DNA from: Vicugna vicugna
Taxonomy: Eukaryota
DNA: 64,000 bases
NCBI GenBank assembly: GCA_013265495.1
Contig: MU058198.1
Location: forward strand, 1,190,419-1,254,418
Reading direction: 5' to 3'
The notes under the pieces are model-generated. The model was not told the origin of the DNA. It saw only the letters and a program-made list of their open reading frames with translations, and did no database searches. A program made the translations under genes and the position numbers. Positions 51,601-61,183 of the stretch are shown piece after piece (the first letter of the stretch is position 1; each line of letters opens with the position of its first letter).

Positions 51601-53556
51601 TAATAAGCTAGCCTCTCTCGGGAGAAATGCACATTCCTTCTATGGGTCCCAAAGGAACAGACAGTGTGAGAGAAATAAGGTCATAGGCAGATCTATGTAC
51701 TTTTTACTGGCTGTAAATCCAGCACAATCCTAATGTGCGGTGTAGTTACCTTATGAAAGTTTGTACAACATCAGGCTGCATTCTCAGAAGCATCACGGCA
51801 GAGGAGTGATCCGTGAAGTCTGGGCCCTGGACTGGTCACAGCTATATCTCCTGGGGTTCTTCTTTTACAGATTTCTAGACCTCAAGTCAGACTCGCTGAA
51901 TCAAAGTGACTGGAGATGCAGCCCTAAGGAATCTTCATTTCGTCCAGAAGCCCCTAGCCAAGTGATTCTGATGCCCACTAAAATTTGAGGTCACTAACAT
52001 AGAGTGAGGAACATGAGAGTCCCATCTATGTGATGGAGAAATTATACCTGGAAATGTATGCCTAGCTCTACATGTCACGAATGAACTGGAGCTGTGGCAA
52101 ACGGCTGTGTGCTCAAAGCCTAGTGCTCAGAACAGAGCCCGGCACATAGAAAGTGTCTGAGAAATGCTTGGTAGTCATAGCAGTAAGAGAAAGCCCTTCC
52201 TAAAAACCAGATCTGTCTGAACATGAAATGGTAGTGAGATGCCCACCTTTGCAAAATATGCGAAAACAGTGAACCACCATTTAGGGTGTTGTTGACGGAG
52301 TTGTATGGTGGCCTTTGAACTCTTCTGTTCCTATCAGAAAACATGTTCTATTGTACCTGAGTTTGAGACTCATTCTCCTCGTTGGCAGGAGGCAGCCTGC
52401 AAGAAAGATGTAGGCAGACAGAGCCAAGGTGCAGAGTGTGTCTCAGGATGCCTGAAACAGCTGTGGAGCAAAATGCTCGCTGATTGCACACACTCACACA
52501 TGCAGCCTCACAGAGACTCACCTCCCCTTGCAACTGGTCTGCAGTTTCCCCCCATCCTGCCTGTCCAAACCTATACCCAGCTGCCTTCCTAGCCATGAAA
52601 ACCTGTAAGTAATTGGCCGTGAGGAGTTTGTGAATCTCCTCTCTCCAAACTATTTGCATCCTAAGAAAAATCACCTTGGCTCCTAACTGTGTCATTTCGT
52701 GTATGGGGAATAGTTTGGAGAACTGGACTCTGAAATCATTCCACAGAAGCCACAACTCCCAATAGCTGATACTGGGAAGACAAGTCATAGGGAAAAACAA
52801 AATTGGTGGTGTCCAATTTGCTGGCTGAGTCCAAGGCACTGGTAGAACTTTTATGTCAGGCTGGCAAACGTGAGCACATATTCACAAGGCTAGGCTAAGG
52901 AGGAAAGAGTTGTTGTATGAGGTCCAATTTTCTCAGTTTTGTTTTTGTTTTCCAACAGGTGGTAAAGGCGTTTATAGTCCTTTCTCCAGCCTACTCCTCA
53001 CATGATCCAGACACGCTAACCTGGGAACTCCAGGAGCATGTGAAGAGGGTGACTGCTCCGTACAAGTACCCCAGGAAGGTAGACATCGGACGATCTAGGA
53101 CATGCTAAGCTGGGGAACGGAACGGGCATGTGCTCCCTGGAATTGCACTCAGGGAGGGGCTCTGGGGAGACGACCCTGCATATAGCCCTGGCTGCTCCTT
53201 CAGCCCTTTCCTCCTGTTTCTTCCGAGTAGCACACTGGGCTCCCACTCTAAGAACTGGCCATAAGCCAGGTTCAGGGGGTGGTGCTGAAATGCTCTTGGA
53301 AATAGCATGCCAACCTCGCTATTTTGATTGTTGCCACTTGGGAGAACCAGGAATCAAGGAGTCTTTCCAATGAAGTGGCAGAGGGGAATGGCTCTTTCCA
53401 GACAAAAATAAAAACCAAAAAGTCTTTCTGGGAATCGATGATTTCAAAGTGTTTTCGTTTTATGGCTACTAGGTGGAATTTGTTTCAGAACTGCCGAAGA
53501 CGGTTTCTGGAAAGATCCAAAGGAGTAAACTGAGACGCCAAGAGTGGGAGAAATGA
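31370..53556 (+). CDS. ACSM5: ACSM5, mitochondrial medium-chain acyl-CoA synthetase 5; complete CDS, join(31370-31573,35285-35495,38114-38321,40250-40393,42403-42556,44644-44723,45894-46017,46872-46952,47100-47201,50837-50964,51050-51149,52959-53078,53473-53556), 579 aa
   Basis: 13 GT-AG exons sum to 1740 nt in frame. AMP-binding motifs [27 protein letters not shown] and [11 protein letters not shown] are present, with an Arg-rich mitochondrial-type leader. Matches recalled ACSM5. Confidence 0.97.
32900..34950 (+). mobile_element. Old degenerate L1 (ORF2 3' part and 3' UTR) with a nested younger L1
   Basis: L1 ORF2-like remnants ([11 protein letters not shown]...WKHKGP...YFKT); typical 3' UTR ending tatatctcaatttaaaaa. 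Confidence 0.85.
33925..34238 (+). mobile_element. Young 5'-truncated L1 3' end nested in the older L1
   Basis: Ends aataaaaaatgtttaaag; 21-bp TSD aacaaacaaacaaacaaaaag at 33904-33924 and 34239-34259. Confidence 0.8.
35285..35495 (+). CDS. ACSM5: ACSM5 coding exon 2 ([12 protein letters not shown]...VACMRT)
   Basis: 211 nt; tctag acceptor, gtcagt donor. Confidence 0.96.
35931..35962. repeat. (AC)n microsatellite
   Basis: Directly visible. Confidence 0.9.
38114..38321 (+). CDS. ACSM5: ACSM5 coding exon 3 ([12 protein letters not shown]...NFRELLR)
   Basis: 208 nt; ttcag acceptor, gtaagt donor. Confidence 0.96.
40250..40393 (+). CDS. ACSM5: ACSM5 coding exon 4 (EASTEHSC...[16 protein letters not shown]...ASG)
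   Basis: 144 nt; P-loop AMP-binding signature; tacag acceptor, gtacga donor. Confidence 0.96.
40570..41710 (-). mobile_element. L1M 3' fragment inserted in an L2 and interrupted by a solo LTR
   Basis: Antisense L1 3' UTR; gttgctcccac|cttttggct is rejoined when the LTR is removed. Confidence 0.8.
41022..41562 (-). mobile_element. ERV1-class solo LTR, antisense to ACSM5
   Basis: TG...CA ends; perfect 4-bp TSD ccac; minus-strand AATAAA at ~41114 and TATA-like ataaaa at ~41186; CCAAT array. Confidence 0.88.
41915..43064. repeat. Perfect 100-bp inverted repeat, arms 41915-42014 and 42965-43064, flanking ACSM5 coding exon 5
   Basis: Manual comparison gives 100/100 identity in reverse complement; 950-bp spacer. 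Confidence 0.95.
42403..42556 (+). CDS. ACSM5: ACSM5 coding exon 5 ([24 protein letters not shown]...KTILN)
   Basis: 154 nt; ggcag acceptor, gtaaga donor. Confidence 0.96.
43530..44522. mobile_element. MLT1-like LTR interrupted by an L1 3' fragment (~43700-44165)
   Basis: MLT1 phrases (aaattaccccaaaacatagc, tcaggaatct...gcagtcaggatgtcag) resume after the L1 tail (aagatgtcagc). Confidence 0.65.
44644..44723 (+). CDS. ACSM5: ACSM5 coding exon 6 ([26 protein letters not shown])
   Basis: 80 nt; tttag acceptor, gtaggg donor. Confidence 0.96.
44919..45095 (+). mobile_element. tRNA-derived SINE (Vic-1-like) with an internal (AATC)/(ATCC)n array
   Basis: A and B boxes, poly-A tail, TSD aacttctgg at 44910-44918 and 45096-45104. 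Confidence 0.85.
45894..46017 (+). CDS. ACSM5: ACSM5 coding exon 7 ([18 protein letters not shown]...GYGQSET)
   Basis: 124 nt; aaaag acceptor, gtgagt donor. Confidence 0.95.
46170..46420 (+). mobile_element. Cetartiodactyl-type L1 3' end
   Basis: gggagtttgagatttgc...tagcacagggaattatattcaa...gtaactgactgtacttcaattaaaa; homologous to the 58300-58570 copy. Confidence 0.85.
46872..46952 (+). CDS. ACSM5: ACSM5 coding exon 8 (VVICANPKG...PPYDVQ)
   Basis: 81 nt; tccag acceptor, gtaggc donor. Confidence 0.96.
47100..47201 (+). CDS. ACSM5: ACSM5 coding exon 9 ([12 protein letters not shown]...FFSCYL)
   Basis: 102 nt; gccag acceptor, gtaagt donor. Confidence 0.96.
48500..48682 (-). mobile_element. 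tRNA-derived SINE (Vic-1-like) with a (TTTA)n array
   Basis: Same head as the 23676 and 44919 copies; flanked by ctgaattt direct repeats. Confidence 0.85.
49300..49460 (-). mobile_element. Short L1 3' end
   Basis: Reverse complement of the same L1 3' UTR (ttccctgtgct, tagtcagtta). Confidence 0.8.
50837..50964 (+). CDS. ACSM5: ACSM5 coding exon 10 ([10 protein letters not shown]...ITGDRA...[10 protein letters not shown])
   Basis: 128 nt; ttcag acceptor, gtcaag donor. Confidence 0.96.
51050..51149 (+). CDS. ACSM5: ACSM5 coding exon 11 ([18 protein letters not shown]...RGE)
   Basis: 100 nt, after an 85-nt intron; tccag acceptor, gtaact donor. Confidence 0.96.
52959..53078 (+). CDS. ACSM5: ACSM5 coding exon 12 (VVKAFIVLS...APYKYPRK)
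   Basis: 120 nt; aacag acceptor, gtagac donor. Confidence 0.96.
53473..53556 (+). CDS. ACSM5: ACSM5 last coding exon ([27 protein letters not shown])
   Basis: 84 nt; actag acceptor; TGA at 53554-53556; catalytic-lysine motif PKTxSGK. Confidence 0.96.
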   Translation: MEFVSELPKTVSGKIQRSKLRRQEWEK

Positions 53557-53952
53557 GAGGCAACCTCGGAAAGGCCCCCCTGTAGGCCTCTGGAGCGTCT
53601 CAGAGGAACTGGGGCATCACCGGTTAGCCCCCACTTGGAGCATCATCCCATCATCCCTTTGACCCTTCTGACATCAAAGGCTTCCAGCTTCCAAATGAGC
53701 ATCTCCAGAATCACTGCATGACCCTGGAAGAGAGCAGCACGTCGTTAACCCAGAGTTCACAGCCACTGCCCAGTCAGGCAGATGTTCGGTGGCTTGACTT
53801 CCCCCTCTGCCTGGAGGCATCCTTAACAACTTCCCACTGGTCTTTCCTCCTCAGAGTTTTCAGCTATCCCGCCGAAGGACAGGTCGCCAGAGCGCTGGGG
53901 CACTTGCGATCTCATTCACTGCCAGTGAGAGTTGTAACCACTTGACCCTTTT

Positions 53953-54046
53953 TTAAAAAAGCAATTAATTAATTAATTAATTAACTAATTTTTTAATTGA
54001 AGTACAGTCAGTTACAATGTGTCAAGCCAGAAAGAGAGAGAAAAAT
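53953..54046 (-). mobile_element. Miniature 5'-inverted L1 insertion with a 16-bp TSD
   Basis: TSD accacttgaccctttt at 53937-53952 and 54047-54062; two L1 pieces in opposite orientation. Confidence 0.8.
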
Positions 54047-54226
54047 ACCACTTGACCCTTTTGATAAAGCTATTCGGTAATCATATCCAGGGCCATAAAA
54101 TAGTGGTCATGCCCTTTAGTTCAGAAACGCCATCTTTCGGAGTCACTGCAAAGAAAGGATTCAAAAGATGTTCACTGTAACACTGTTTAACACCACGAAA
54201 AAGAATGGAAAGAGAATGAATGCCTA

Positions 54227-54675
54227 GAAATTTGTTTTTTTTTAATCTTTTTTTAACATTTTTTATTAATTTATAATCATTTTACAATGTTGTGTCAAAT
54301 TCCAGTGTTCAGCACCTAATCTATTTTTATGTATAGTGGCTAACATTTGCAAATCTCAAACTCCTAAATGGATCCCTTCCCCCCTCCTTTCCCCTGGTGA
54401 CCATAAGATTGCTTACTATGTCTGCGAGTCTGTTCCTGTTTTGTAGATGAGGTCATTAGTGTCCTCTTTTTTCTTTTTTAGATTCCACATGTGAGTGATA
54501 TCATATAAAAAATAAATTTCTTCTGTATAGCACAGGGAGCTATATTCAATATTTTGTAATAACCTTTAACAAAAAATATGAAAATGAATATATATATGTA
54601 TATGCATGATTGAGACATTGTGTTGTATGCCAGAAATTGACACATTATAACTGACTGTGCTTCAATTAAAAAAAA
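54227..54675 (+). mobile_element. 5'-inverted L1 with a nested short L1 3' end (~54250-54315, minus)
   Basis: Inverted segment ~54227-54507; sense segment ~54508-54675; TSD aatgaatgccta/aatgaataccta. Confidence 0.8.
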
Positions 54676-55379
54676 AATGAATACCTAAACAATAGGATGG
54701 TGATTAACTAAATTGTAGTAGATTCATTCAATAACATCTTATGTGGTCTTTAAAAAGATGCCTTGGGGGAAACTTGAGTTAAATTAATTTTAAATCAGAA
54801 TAAAAATAATATATGTATAGTGGGGAACCACAACTTTGAAAGGTAAAGGAAAAGCTACAGATGGAGAAAAGATTAAAGAGAGATTCGCTGAAATGTTAAT
54901 AGTAGTTTTCTTGGATATTGAAAATGGATGATAGATTTTTTTCCTTTCCTCTACAATTCACTATTTTCCAAGTTTTCTCAGTGACTATATTTAACTCTTT
55001 TAATGAATAAATTATTTTAAAGAAATCATCCCCCAACGCCATACTCTGCCTCATGTCTTGTTCTTCTTCCACTTACCAACAATCGTCTCCAAATGGTCGT
55101 ATGTTATGTTTTACCCAGGAAAGATACAAGAATCTGAAACCGTGTCTCAGAAGCCCAGAGATGGAAAGGACTGGCTCTGGCAGCCGAGACCAGCCATGCA
55201 GAGAAGCAGCAGATGGAAACTCGGAGTGATTCTGGTGCTCCTTACCCAACTCCTCGCACTTCCATTCACTCATTAGCCCATATTTACTGAGAGCCTGCTC
55301 AGCCCTGGGCTCGGGGAACACAAGCATAAGAAAGCGAACCCAGTCCCTACCTGTGTTAGTTTGTTCGAGCCGCCCTGAC

Positions 55380-55712
55380 ACAGTACCTCAGACAGGGCAG
55401 CTTTAATAAAAGAGATTTATTCCCTTAGCTCTTGAGCCTGTAAATCCAAGATCAAGGTGTGGGCAGGGTTGGTTTAGTTCTGAGGCCTCTCTCCTCTTCT
55501 CCTGTGTCTTCACATAGACTTTTCTCCGTGTCTGTCTGTGTCCTAATCTCCTCTTATAAGAACACCAGTCATACTAGATTAAGGTTCACATTTTTTACCT
55601 CATTTTAACGTAATCACCTCTTTACGCCCCCATGTCTGAAATAGCACATTCAGAGGTACTGAGGGTTAGGACTTCAGCACATAAATTTGAAGGGACACAA
55701 TTCCGTCCACAA
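55380..55712 (-). mobile_element. MaLR LTR (MLT1A-like)
   Basis: ccaagatcaaggtgtgggcaggg...aatcacctcttt...gggttaggacttcagcacataaattt. Confidence 0.7.
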
Positions 55713-55726
55713 CGCTGCCATTGTGG

Positions 55727-56240
55727 TGTGAAGGAAAAGCCCAGCTGGGCTAACAAGCTAAGTCACAAATCTAAGTGCAACAAGTGTTGGATTACTGATC
55801 TGAGTTCTGCTGGGCTAACTCATGAATCTGAAGTTTAGTGTCAGTCTATTGGGCTAACGAGCTCAGTCACAAATCTAAGTGTGATAATTGTCAGTTTACT
55901 GATATAAGTTCTGCCGGGCTAACTTGTAAATCTAAAGTTTAGTGTCAGTTTACTGGGCTAACAAGCTAACTCATAAATCCAAGCTCAACAAGAGTCAGTA
56001 ACGTGATCTGTTCCAAATTGATAAGCTCCAGTGTACTGATTCCTTGCTTTTTGTTGTTTGAATCTTATTGGCTAATAGCCCCATACTTGTAATTAACCCT
56101 ATAAAACCTCATGCGCACGTCTTGGAGGTGCTCAGAGCTTCGGAGCAGAAGCCCCTCTGAGCCCGCCGGCGTAATAAATCTGAGTACTCCCACCCTCCGA
56201 GTGGTGCTTGTTTCTTGGCTGGCCTGTCATTTCCGTAACA
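55727..56240 (+). mobile_element. ERV1-class solo LTR with 104-bp U3 tandem repeats
   Basis: TG...CA ends; 4-bp TSD gtgg; TATAAA at 56100; AATAAA at 56173; reverse CCAAT (attgg) at ~56066. Confidence 0.88.
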
Positions 56241-56623
56241 GTGGAGTTACAGTCTAATGGGGACGATGAGATTATTCATCAAAGAAGAATGCAAATAAGG
56301 CACAACTGTCATAAATGTCATGAAGGAGAGAATACAGTTAAAACACAGACGAGGAGACTGACTGAGACTCGGGGGACTCAGGGTATCAGGGGAGGCTTCC
56401 CTAAGGAAGTCCCCAGTGAGCTGGGGTTGAAGGCAAAGTAGAAGTAAACTAAGAAATTGGGGCTGAGCTTTCTGAACAAAGGATACAACATGTGCAAAGG
56501 CCCTGAGGTGGGAAAGACAGGTCTGTGTTTCTAAAAACAGCTCACACTCAGCACAATTCTAAATGTTTTAATTCTCTACCATCCTATTGGATGGGTACTG
56601 ATAATACCCTTGTTTCACTTACA

Positions 56624-57072
56624 TGTCAACTGGAGTAAAAATGCACGAGAGAGCTGTTAGTTTCGGTTTCATTTGGGGACTTACTGAGAACTATAGCTCC
56701 GGAGACAGTCTCTCAGGTAGCTCTGAGGAACTGCTCAGAAGACATAATGGGGGACGTCAGTGTGTATGTGATTCTGGCAAAGGGGTGTGTGCACCCAAGC
56801 ACACATCTAGGTGGAAGCTAGCTGCTAGTCATGAGGAACGAATGTCAGAGATTTTAGTGCCTTGTAAGTACAAGAAGACATAAGAATCCATGTTCATAAA
56901 AATTCTCCTGACATATTTCTAGCTATCTAAGAGTCTGCTGCTGGTTTTCTCAGAGCACAGAGTGCCTCATCCTGATTTTCGTCCTTCAGGTTGCATTGTA
57001 AGTCGGCAGCCGCAGTGGCTAATGACTTGATTCTTGTAGAACTGCATCATGGGCAATGGTCTTTATTTTACA
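56624..57072 (-). mobile_element. ERV-type solo LTR (resembles the cetartiodactyl MER41-like family) inserted in a MIR
   Basis: tgtcaact...ctctcaggtagctctgaggaactgctc...ttaca; ttaca occurs at both junctions; the MIR resumes after it. Confidence 0.6.
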
Positions 57073-57799
57073 GATAGAACAGAGAGATTAAGCAATTCTC
57101 TGAAGCTCACACAGCCGGTAGCTTACAGAGTTAGAATTCAAACCCAGGTGGTCCAGTGTCCACACATGCTTCACCCTTCACGACTGATTGAGGACAGCCT
57201 GGTTTAGGAATTTTGTTTTTCTCCTATGACTGTTAGGGAGCCACTGAAGGTTTATGGCAGAGAAATATATCTCCTAAAGTTTCACCAGTCATAAAAAGAA
57301 AAAAAAACTTGTCTAAGTGATTTATCTGTTCTTTATCTCTTTTCTCTTTATGGCATTCCTGGACTGGGCAAATTTGCTTTATTTCATAACAACATTTCCA
57401 TCTTTATACAGAGTCACAGGACTTTGGTGATTTGTCCAACATCTAACAGGAGGAGGCGCTAGAGGCAAGGAACACGTGCAGGTCCCATTTAGCATCGCCA
57501 GTGAGCCTGAGCTGAGGCTTGTAGTCTTGCATTGGGTGCTGCTGGAATTCCTAATGAGCCCTCCAAATGTCAGCTCCCTAAAAGCCAGGCTCTTGGATGG
57601 AAATGACACCTTGGGAAAGCGGCACCTACCGTCTCTGTCATTGGGTTACACTGTTTTCTTCTCTGAGCCTCAGCTGCCCTGCCTGCAGGGCTGATGTTCT
57701 CTGGACTCTCCTCCCCTACCGTCCCTGGGCTGAACTAGTCTGTTCTCCAGCTGTAATCAGAGCTCTTCACCCGGGAGCCTTTGACCAAACGACATTCCC

Positions 57800-58568
57800 A
57801 TCTCCTACACTGCTGGTGGGAATGCAGTTTGGTGCAGCCACTGTGGAAAACAGTACAGAGATTCCTCAAAAGACTAAAAATAAACTTACTCTATGATCCA
57901 GCAATCCCACTCCTGGGCATATATCCAGAGATAATGCTAATTCGAAAAGATGCATGCACCCCAATGTACATAGCAGCACTATATACAGTAGCCAAGACAT
58001 GAAAGCAACCTAAATGTCCATTGACAGATGACTGGATAAAGAAGATGTGGTATATTTATACAACAGACTATTATTCAATGATAAAATAGAATAAAATAAG
58101 ACCATTTGCAGCAACATAGATGGACCTGGAGATCGACATTCTAAGTGAAGTAAGCCAGAAAAAGAAAGAAAAATACCATATGATGTCACTCATATGTGAA
58201 ATCTAAAAAAAAAGAAAAAGAAAAAGGAAAAAAGGAAAAAAGAGGACACTAATGAACTTACCTACAAAACAAGAACAGACTCGCAGACGTTGTAAACAAT
58301 CATGGTTATTGGGGAAAGGAGGTGGGAAGGGAAAAACTGGGGAGTTTGATATTTGCAAATGTTAGCCGCTACATATAAAAACAGATTAAAAAAAACAAAT
58401 TTCTTCTGTATAGCACAGGGAACTATATTCAATTATCTTACAATAACCTTTATTGAAAAATAATGTGAAAATGAATATATGAATATGCATGCATGACTAG
58501 GACTTTATGCTGTATACCGGAGACTGACACATGGTAACTGACTATACATCAATTTAAAAAAAAAAAAG
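57800..58568 (+). mobile_element. Cetartiodactyl-type L1, ORF2 C-terminus, 3' UTR and poly-A
   Basis: ORF2 zinc-knuckle region [16 protein letters not shown]...YDPAIPLLGIYP...CTPMYIAALYTVAKT; poly-A tail. Confidence 0.92.
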
Positions 58569-61029
58569 AACAAGGCAAGGGTAATAAAGGGTGGGGTAGA
58601 CCCAGTCCCCCTTCACTTAGACTCTCCAAAAAACTCTCCCACAGTCATCTCAGCCCAGCCCAACTCCAAAAAAGGAAAAAGCAAAGCTCTCAGCTGCCTT
58701 ACCACAGGCACCACCACCCCACCAGCACACCCAGACCCAGAAGTCATTGGTAGCGACAGCAACGACAAGTGATGTCACTTTATTGGCCATGTATCCATGC
58801 CAGGCATGGTGCTAGAGGCTCTGATGAACTCCTCAACTCAATCTTTACTCATTCGCATCCTTCCATCGTGATTATGGTTCTAGCCACATACCGTCTGCGC
58901 TGTAAATCAGCTCACCTTTTAAAGAACACAGCTAAACCCTCCGCAATATAATATGCATTCAAAGAGGATTCTGTAGTTCTGATCATTTTTTTTCTAATGT
59001 ACATCAAAATAATCCTGAACATGAAAACTTCTCATTTAAAATCACCTAGCAAAACCCACTTTGGGGAAAATTGGTCCCGTCCGTTTCACACTATGACCCG
59101 AAGAAGAAAGTATGATAATCTCCATTTATCAGATGAAGAGTTTGAAGCTCAGGGGACAGCTGCGTAGCAACCCCTCCCTGGATCTCCACCCCTTTTCCTG
59201 TCAGGCGTCGGGAGGCCCTGCAAACACCCCTCCCACCTTTCCAACGGGAAAACAAGATCTTACGAATCTTGTTAGGAAACAAGATTCGGGGGCTAAAATT
59301 GAAGATCTAATTGGCTTTATTTAATGATTCAAAATAGATCCTTATGTCTTGCCACCAAATTCCTTCAGAAAGCATCAGCTCCCTTTCCCAAGCGTAGTCA
59401 GCTATTTCTTAAAGCCCTTTAACAGAGCCTTAGTAGGGACAGCAACTCGGGTGTCTTCTGCAGGATTTAGGTCTCCACCCCAGGTGTTCTATGCTTGGTG
59501 GCAAATAGGTCAAAATAAAGGGAGTGACGGGAAAGAAGGGAAGGACTTGTCCGGCTGGCCTCATGGTCTTGGTGCTCTGAAGCCTGTCTGTCGGTAGGGA
59601 GTCAGAGGGCACAGAGCAGCCACAGCAGGAGCGGTTTGGGACAGCCACTGCGGAGAGCTTCCTGGAAGAGGCTCATGATTGTGTGATTCTGAGACATTCA
59701 GAAATGCCTGTTGCACGGGCATTTAATAAAGGATCAATATATTCAGGCCTGGAGGGGCTAGGTGGTGGAATTCCGTGAATTTTCCCAGAAAGAGTAAGGA
59801 ATTCTTCCCAGGACATGGCTGCTGCTCCACATAAACAAGTTTTTTCGAGTCATATTGTTTCTAGGGTTGCACAGAGAAAAGCACATTGCTTTGGGTATCC
59901 TCTCCAAGTGTATGTCTTCTCTTCTCTCCCCAGACATTGGACCCTGGCTTCTGGGATCTTTAAGCCCTCCTGGCTACCCTAGATGTCCCCTGATGTGGGT
60001 CTTGGTCACTCGTGCCCTCAGCGATTATTCATTGCCAGGTGACTGGCATTCTCATCATGCCCCTGACCTGTGGACCTTCAGCAGAGACATTTGTGTTAAG
60101 GGAGCCCCCATCCCTGCTTGTCATGGCACCTTGTTAGCAGACAGGTGTCTGATGGCCAGCACATCTAAGGAATAACTCTCTAAGAGTGGGCACTTGGGGT
60201 GCAGAGGAGCAGGTGGGGAAGTTCCATGGCATCAGGATCACTGTCTCCATCTGGGAGAACACCGGATCCAAGCTGGCCTGTGGCACTTTCCCCTTTGGTG
60301 AGCGTTCTGGGAAACATTCTGTCTCAGCAGCTCAGCGCCCTCTGATTTCCAGCTCTAGTTTTGGGGCCGGAGGGTGCTTTGTAAGTCAGCCATATGGTCA
60401 TGAGCCACACTTCTGGAGGCTAGGTTTCCAGGCCTGGGCCTGAGACCAATTTCCTGCGTGACCTCAAGCAAGTTACTGTTCTGCTCTGAATTCTGATATT
60501 ATTCACTCAGTGATCTGGAAAGGTCTTTGTGTTTCTGACCCTTTGACTCAAACAGAGCTGCATAAGGACTAACAATCACTGACACGGACAAGGTGGCAGG
60601 AGGAGTGAGATGATTTGCAGGGAGAATAGCAGGTGCTCAGCTCTGGACGGAGCATATCTGACATGCCTGTTAGATGTCCAAGGGGAGAAGTCAAGTCGAC
60701 TAGGATGCAGGAGAGAGATCCAGGCTGAAGACACACATATGGGGAATCATTGGCAAGGCAGCTGGGGTTCAAGCTATGATACTGGATGAGATCACATATG
60801 GAGGGTGAATAAAGGAGATGAGAAGGAATCATCAAAAGACTGAGAGTAAGAGGGGAAAAGGAGAATAAGAGGAAAATCAGGCTTATGTGAGCTCAGCTTC
60901 TCCCTTCCTGGTTGGAGCACGAACTTGCCGTCAATCTTGTGCATGATTCTCCTTTGGGCCACCAGGTTGGAAGAACAGTTCCTTCTGGCCCCAAGGCTGT
61001 GGGGCTGTGCAATCCATGAGCACAACCGG

Positions 61030-61183
61030 GAGGGTTGACCTTCCCTCAAGTTAGGTGCCAAGTCTGCCCACAGTTAATGATTAGCTGTGCCCTCTTCCAA
61101 GGCTGCAGGGACTTCTGAGCTGTCTGCTCAGGAGGAAGTACACAGAGGGCTCTCCAAAGAGACCTTCTGAAGGGACTTGGCAG
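61030..61183 (+). promoter_or_regulatory. Candidate ACSM2 promoter and non-coding first exon
   Basis: HNF1 site GTTAATGATTAGC at 61073-61085; nuclear-receptor half site tgacct at ~61036; strong donor CAG|gtgagc at 61183, 1.4 kb upstream of the ATG exon. Confidence 0.6.

Noticed and set aside
52348..52839. 163-aa minus-strand ORF in an ACSM5 intron
   Set aside because: No recognisable homology or exon context; the surrounding DNA looks like ancient repeat-derived sequence.
31370..53556. Possibility that ACSM5 or PDILT is a pseudogene
   Set aside because: All exons splice in frame with GT-AG sites, no premature stops, and the expected motifs retained.
55745..55985. Regularly spaced GGGCTAAC repeats resembling a CRISPR-like array
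   Set aside because: The spacers are themselves repeated (104-bp tandem unit) inside a mammalian LTR; no cas genes.
57781..58002. ORF with HCWWEC...DPAIPLLGIYP
   Set aside because: Truncated L1 ORF2 C-terminus, not a host gene.
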